Shown here: positions 62,531 to 64,000 of the stretch, piece by piece
Numbering within the stretch: the first letter of the stretch is position 1
Layout: each line of letters begins with the position of its first letter
Assembly: GCA_009914755.4 (NCBI GenBank)
Contig: CP068257.2
Coordinates: 26,304,001 to 26,368,000 of the forward strand
Length of the DNA: 64,000 nt
DNA from: the human T2T-CHM13v2.0 reference genome, Homo sapiens
Direction of reading: 5' to 3'
Notes under the pieces: model-generated
What the model was told of the DNA's origin: nothing
The model's input: the letters and a program-made list of their open reading frames with translations, nothing else
Database searches by the model: none
Translations under genes and position numbers: made by a program

Positions 62531-63084
62531 TTAGAAAAAGCTCGCTTGCTAACTGAGTAATTCTTTGACACACAGTTTTCATCTCATTTTATTATGTTAA
62601 AAAATAGAATAACAATAATACAGTAAAACCCTGTTTTGAGGCACCATTATAGTGTAATTATGGATTTAGTTATACGGCCCACCACCTCATATCCCTGATG
62701 TATCATATAGCTCAGCATATTACACAATTCATCAAGGGTAAAAATTATTTTTCCCAATCTAGGCTTAATTATATATCGAGTGTGCTGCTGAAAAGTTTCC
62801 CCTACCATTATCTCTTCTCAGCATAAGGGGGACAGTGTCTGTACATTGAGAAGTTATTGGTATTGCTATTATTTTTAGCAACCTATCATCATGCACCCTC
62901 GGGGGTGAAAACATAAGTTAACAGAGATGATAAGGGACCCTTACACATACAGAAGAAGCAGAGTGTCTGGAGCTACATACACTCAAGAGCTACGAATTAC
63001 TTCAAGAGAATCCAATATGTACTAAGCAAAATTTAAAATTGAACTGCTCACTGCAGTTTCAACAGTTGTAAAGTAATGTCCCCT

Positions 63085-63459
63085 GTATTCGTCCATTTTC
63101 ATGCTGCTGATAAAGATATACCTGAGACTAGGCAACTTACAAAAGAAAAAGGTTTAATTGGACTTACAGTTCCACGTGACTGGGGAAGCCTCACAATCAT
63201 GGTGGAAGGCAAGGAGGATCAAGTCACATCTTACGTGGATGGCAGCAAGCAAAAAAGAGAGAGAGCTTGTGCAAGGAAACTCCCATTTTTAAAAACCATC
63301 AGATTTTGTGAGACTCATTCACTATCAGGAGAACAGTGCAGGAAAGACCCGCCCCCATAAGTCAATCACCTCCCACCGGGTTCCTTCCAGGACATGTGGG
63401 AATTGTGGGGGTTACAAGTCAAGACGAAATTTTGGTGGGAACACAACCAAAGCATATCA
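63085..63459 (-). mobile_element. THE1/MST-type MaLR LTR, antisense
   Basis: tgtattcgtccattttcatgctgctgataaagatatacctgagactaggcaacttacaaaagaaaaaggtttaattggacttacagttccacgtgactggggaagcctcacaatcatggtggaaggcaaggagg ... cattcactatcaggagaacagtgcaggaaagacccgcccccataagtcaatcacctcccaccgggttccttccaggacatgtgggaattgtgggggttacaagtcaagacgaaattttggtgggaacacaaccaaagcatatca is the reverse complement of the THE1 consensus. Confidence 0.85.
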
Positions 63460-64000
63460 TCCTCTAAAGAATAATAATGTCAGTAATAATAGCAAAAATA
63501 TATAGTAATGATAGCAAATAGTAATAGATGACATTAAATGAGCACTACTATGGCCACTGATCTAATTATTTTACCTGCAATAATTCATTACAGAAATAAT
63601 TCTTTGTAGGATCTGAATTTTAGGGGAATACATGTCATGAAATCTGAGGATTTTTTAAAGATTATCATGCTCCCATTAGGCAAGGGAACACTCATTGTTG
63701 TTCTTGTCTTTGCCTTCACCTAAGAAAATAATGAAGGGTGGTAAATAAGGATAAGAAGGAATTCATTTATTTATTTATTTTCCTGAAATACAAATGAAGG
63801 ATCGACAATAGAAGGAAGAAAAAAAAAGAAGTGAAGTGTAGATATTTCAAGGACATAGATAACTAATGAGCTAATGAGCGTTGAATCACTACTATATGTC
63901 AGGCACCGTATTAAGCATTCTACAGGTATTTCATTCAATCATTATAATGCCAAGTGAGGTAGGGATCCATTATCCTCTTCACAGCGAAGAGAAAAAGAAG

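Noticed and set aside
63076-63360. 94-aa plus-strand ORF (MSPVFVHFHAADKDIPETRQLTKEKGLIGLTVPRDWGSLTIMVEGKED...)
   Set aside because: It is the well-known spurious ORF from reading a THE1/MST LTR in antisense (cf. the consensus peptide ...RLGNLQSWQKAKGKQAPSSQGGRRE...). It is not a gene.

Overview
This window reads as human (catarrhine primate) genomic DNA, not a prokaryotic or viral locus. It is AT-rich and CpG-depleted; CpGs survive almost only inside young Alu copies. It is a dense mosaic of interspersed repeats. I count about 20 Alu copies, several with intact target-site duplications (TSDs). There are multiple L1 fragments of different ages, some nested or inverted, a roughly 1 kb solo ERV LTR inserted into an L1, and three MaLR LTRs (two THE1/MST, one MLT1-like). 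There is also a nearly full-length Hsmar1 mariner element carrying a frameshifted transposase pseudogene, and many microsatellites. I could not support any intact protein-coding gene, rRNA/tRNA, CRISPR array or operon-like structure. Essentially all ORFs of 60 aa or more in the supplied track are translations of Alu, L1, THE1 or Hsmar1 sequence, or occasionally of unique AT-rich DNA with no codon-usage signal. The Hsmar1 transposase remnants are the only ORFs with recognisable protein homology. The region looks like a gene-poor intergenic or deep-intronic segment. I found no credible undescribed biological system. The items worth a second look are repeat-biology observations: nested insertions, possibly polymorphic young Alus, two local low-copy duplications of about 200 bp, a possible retroposed unit, and one candidate splice donor. 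All coordinates are hand-counted and may be off by a few bases.
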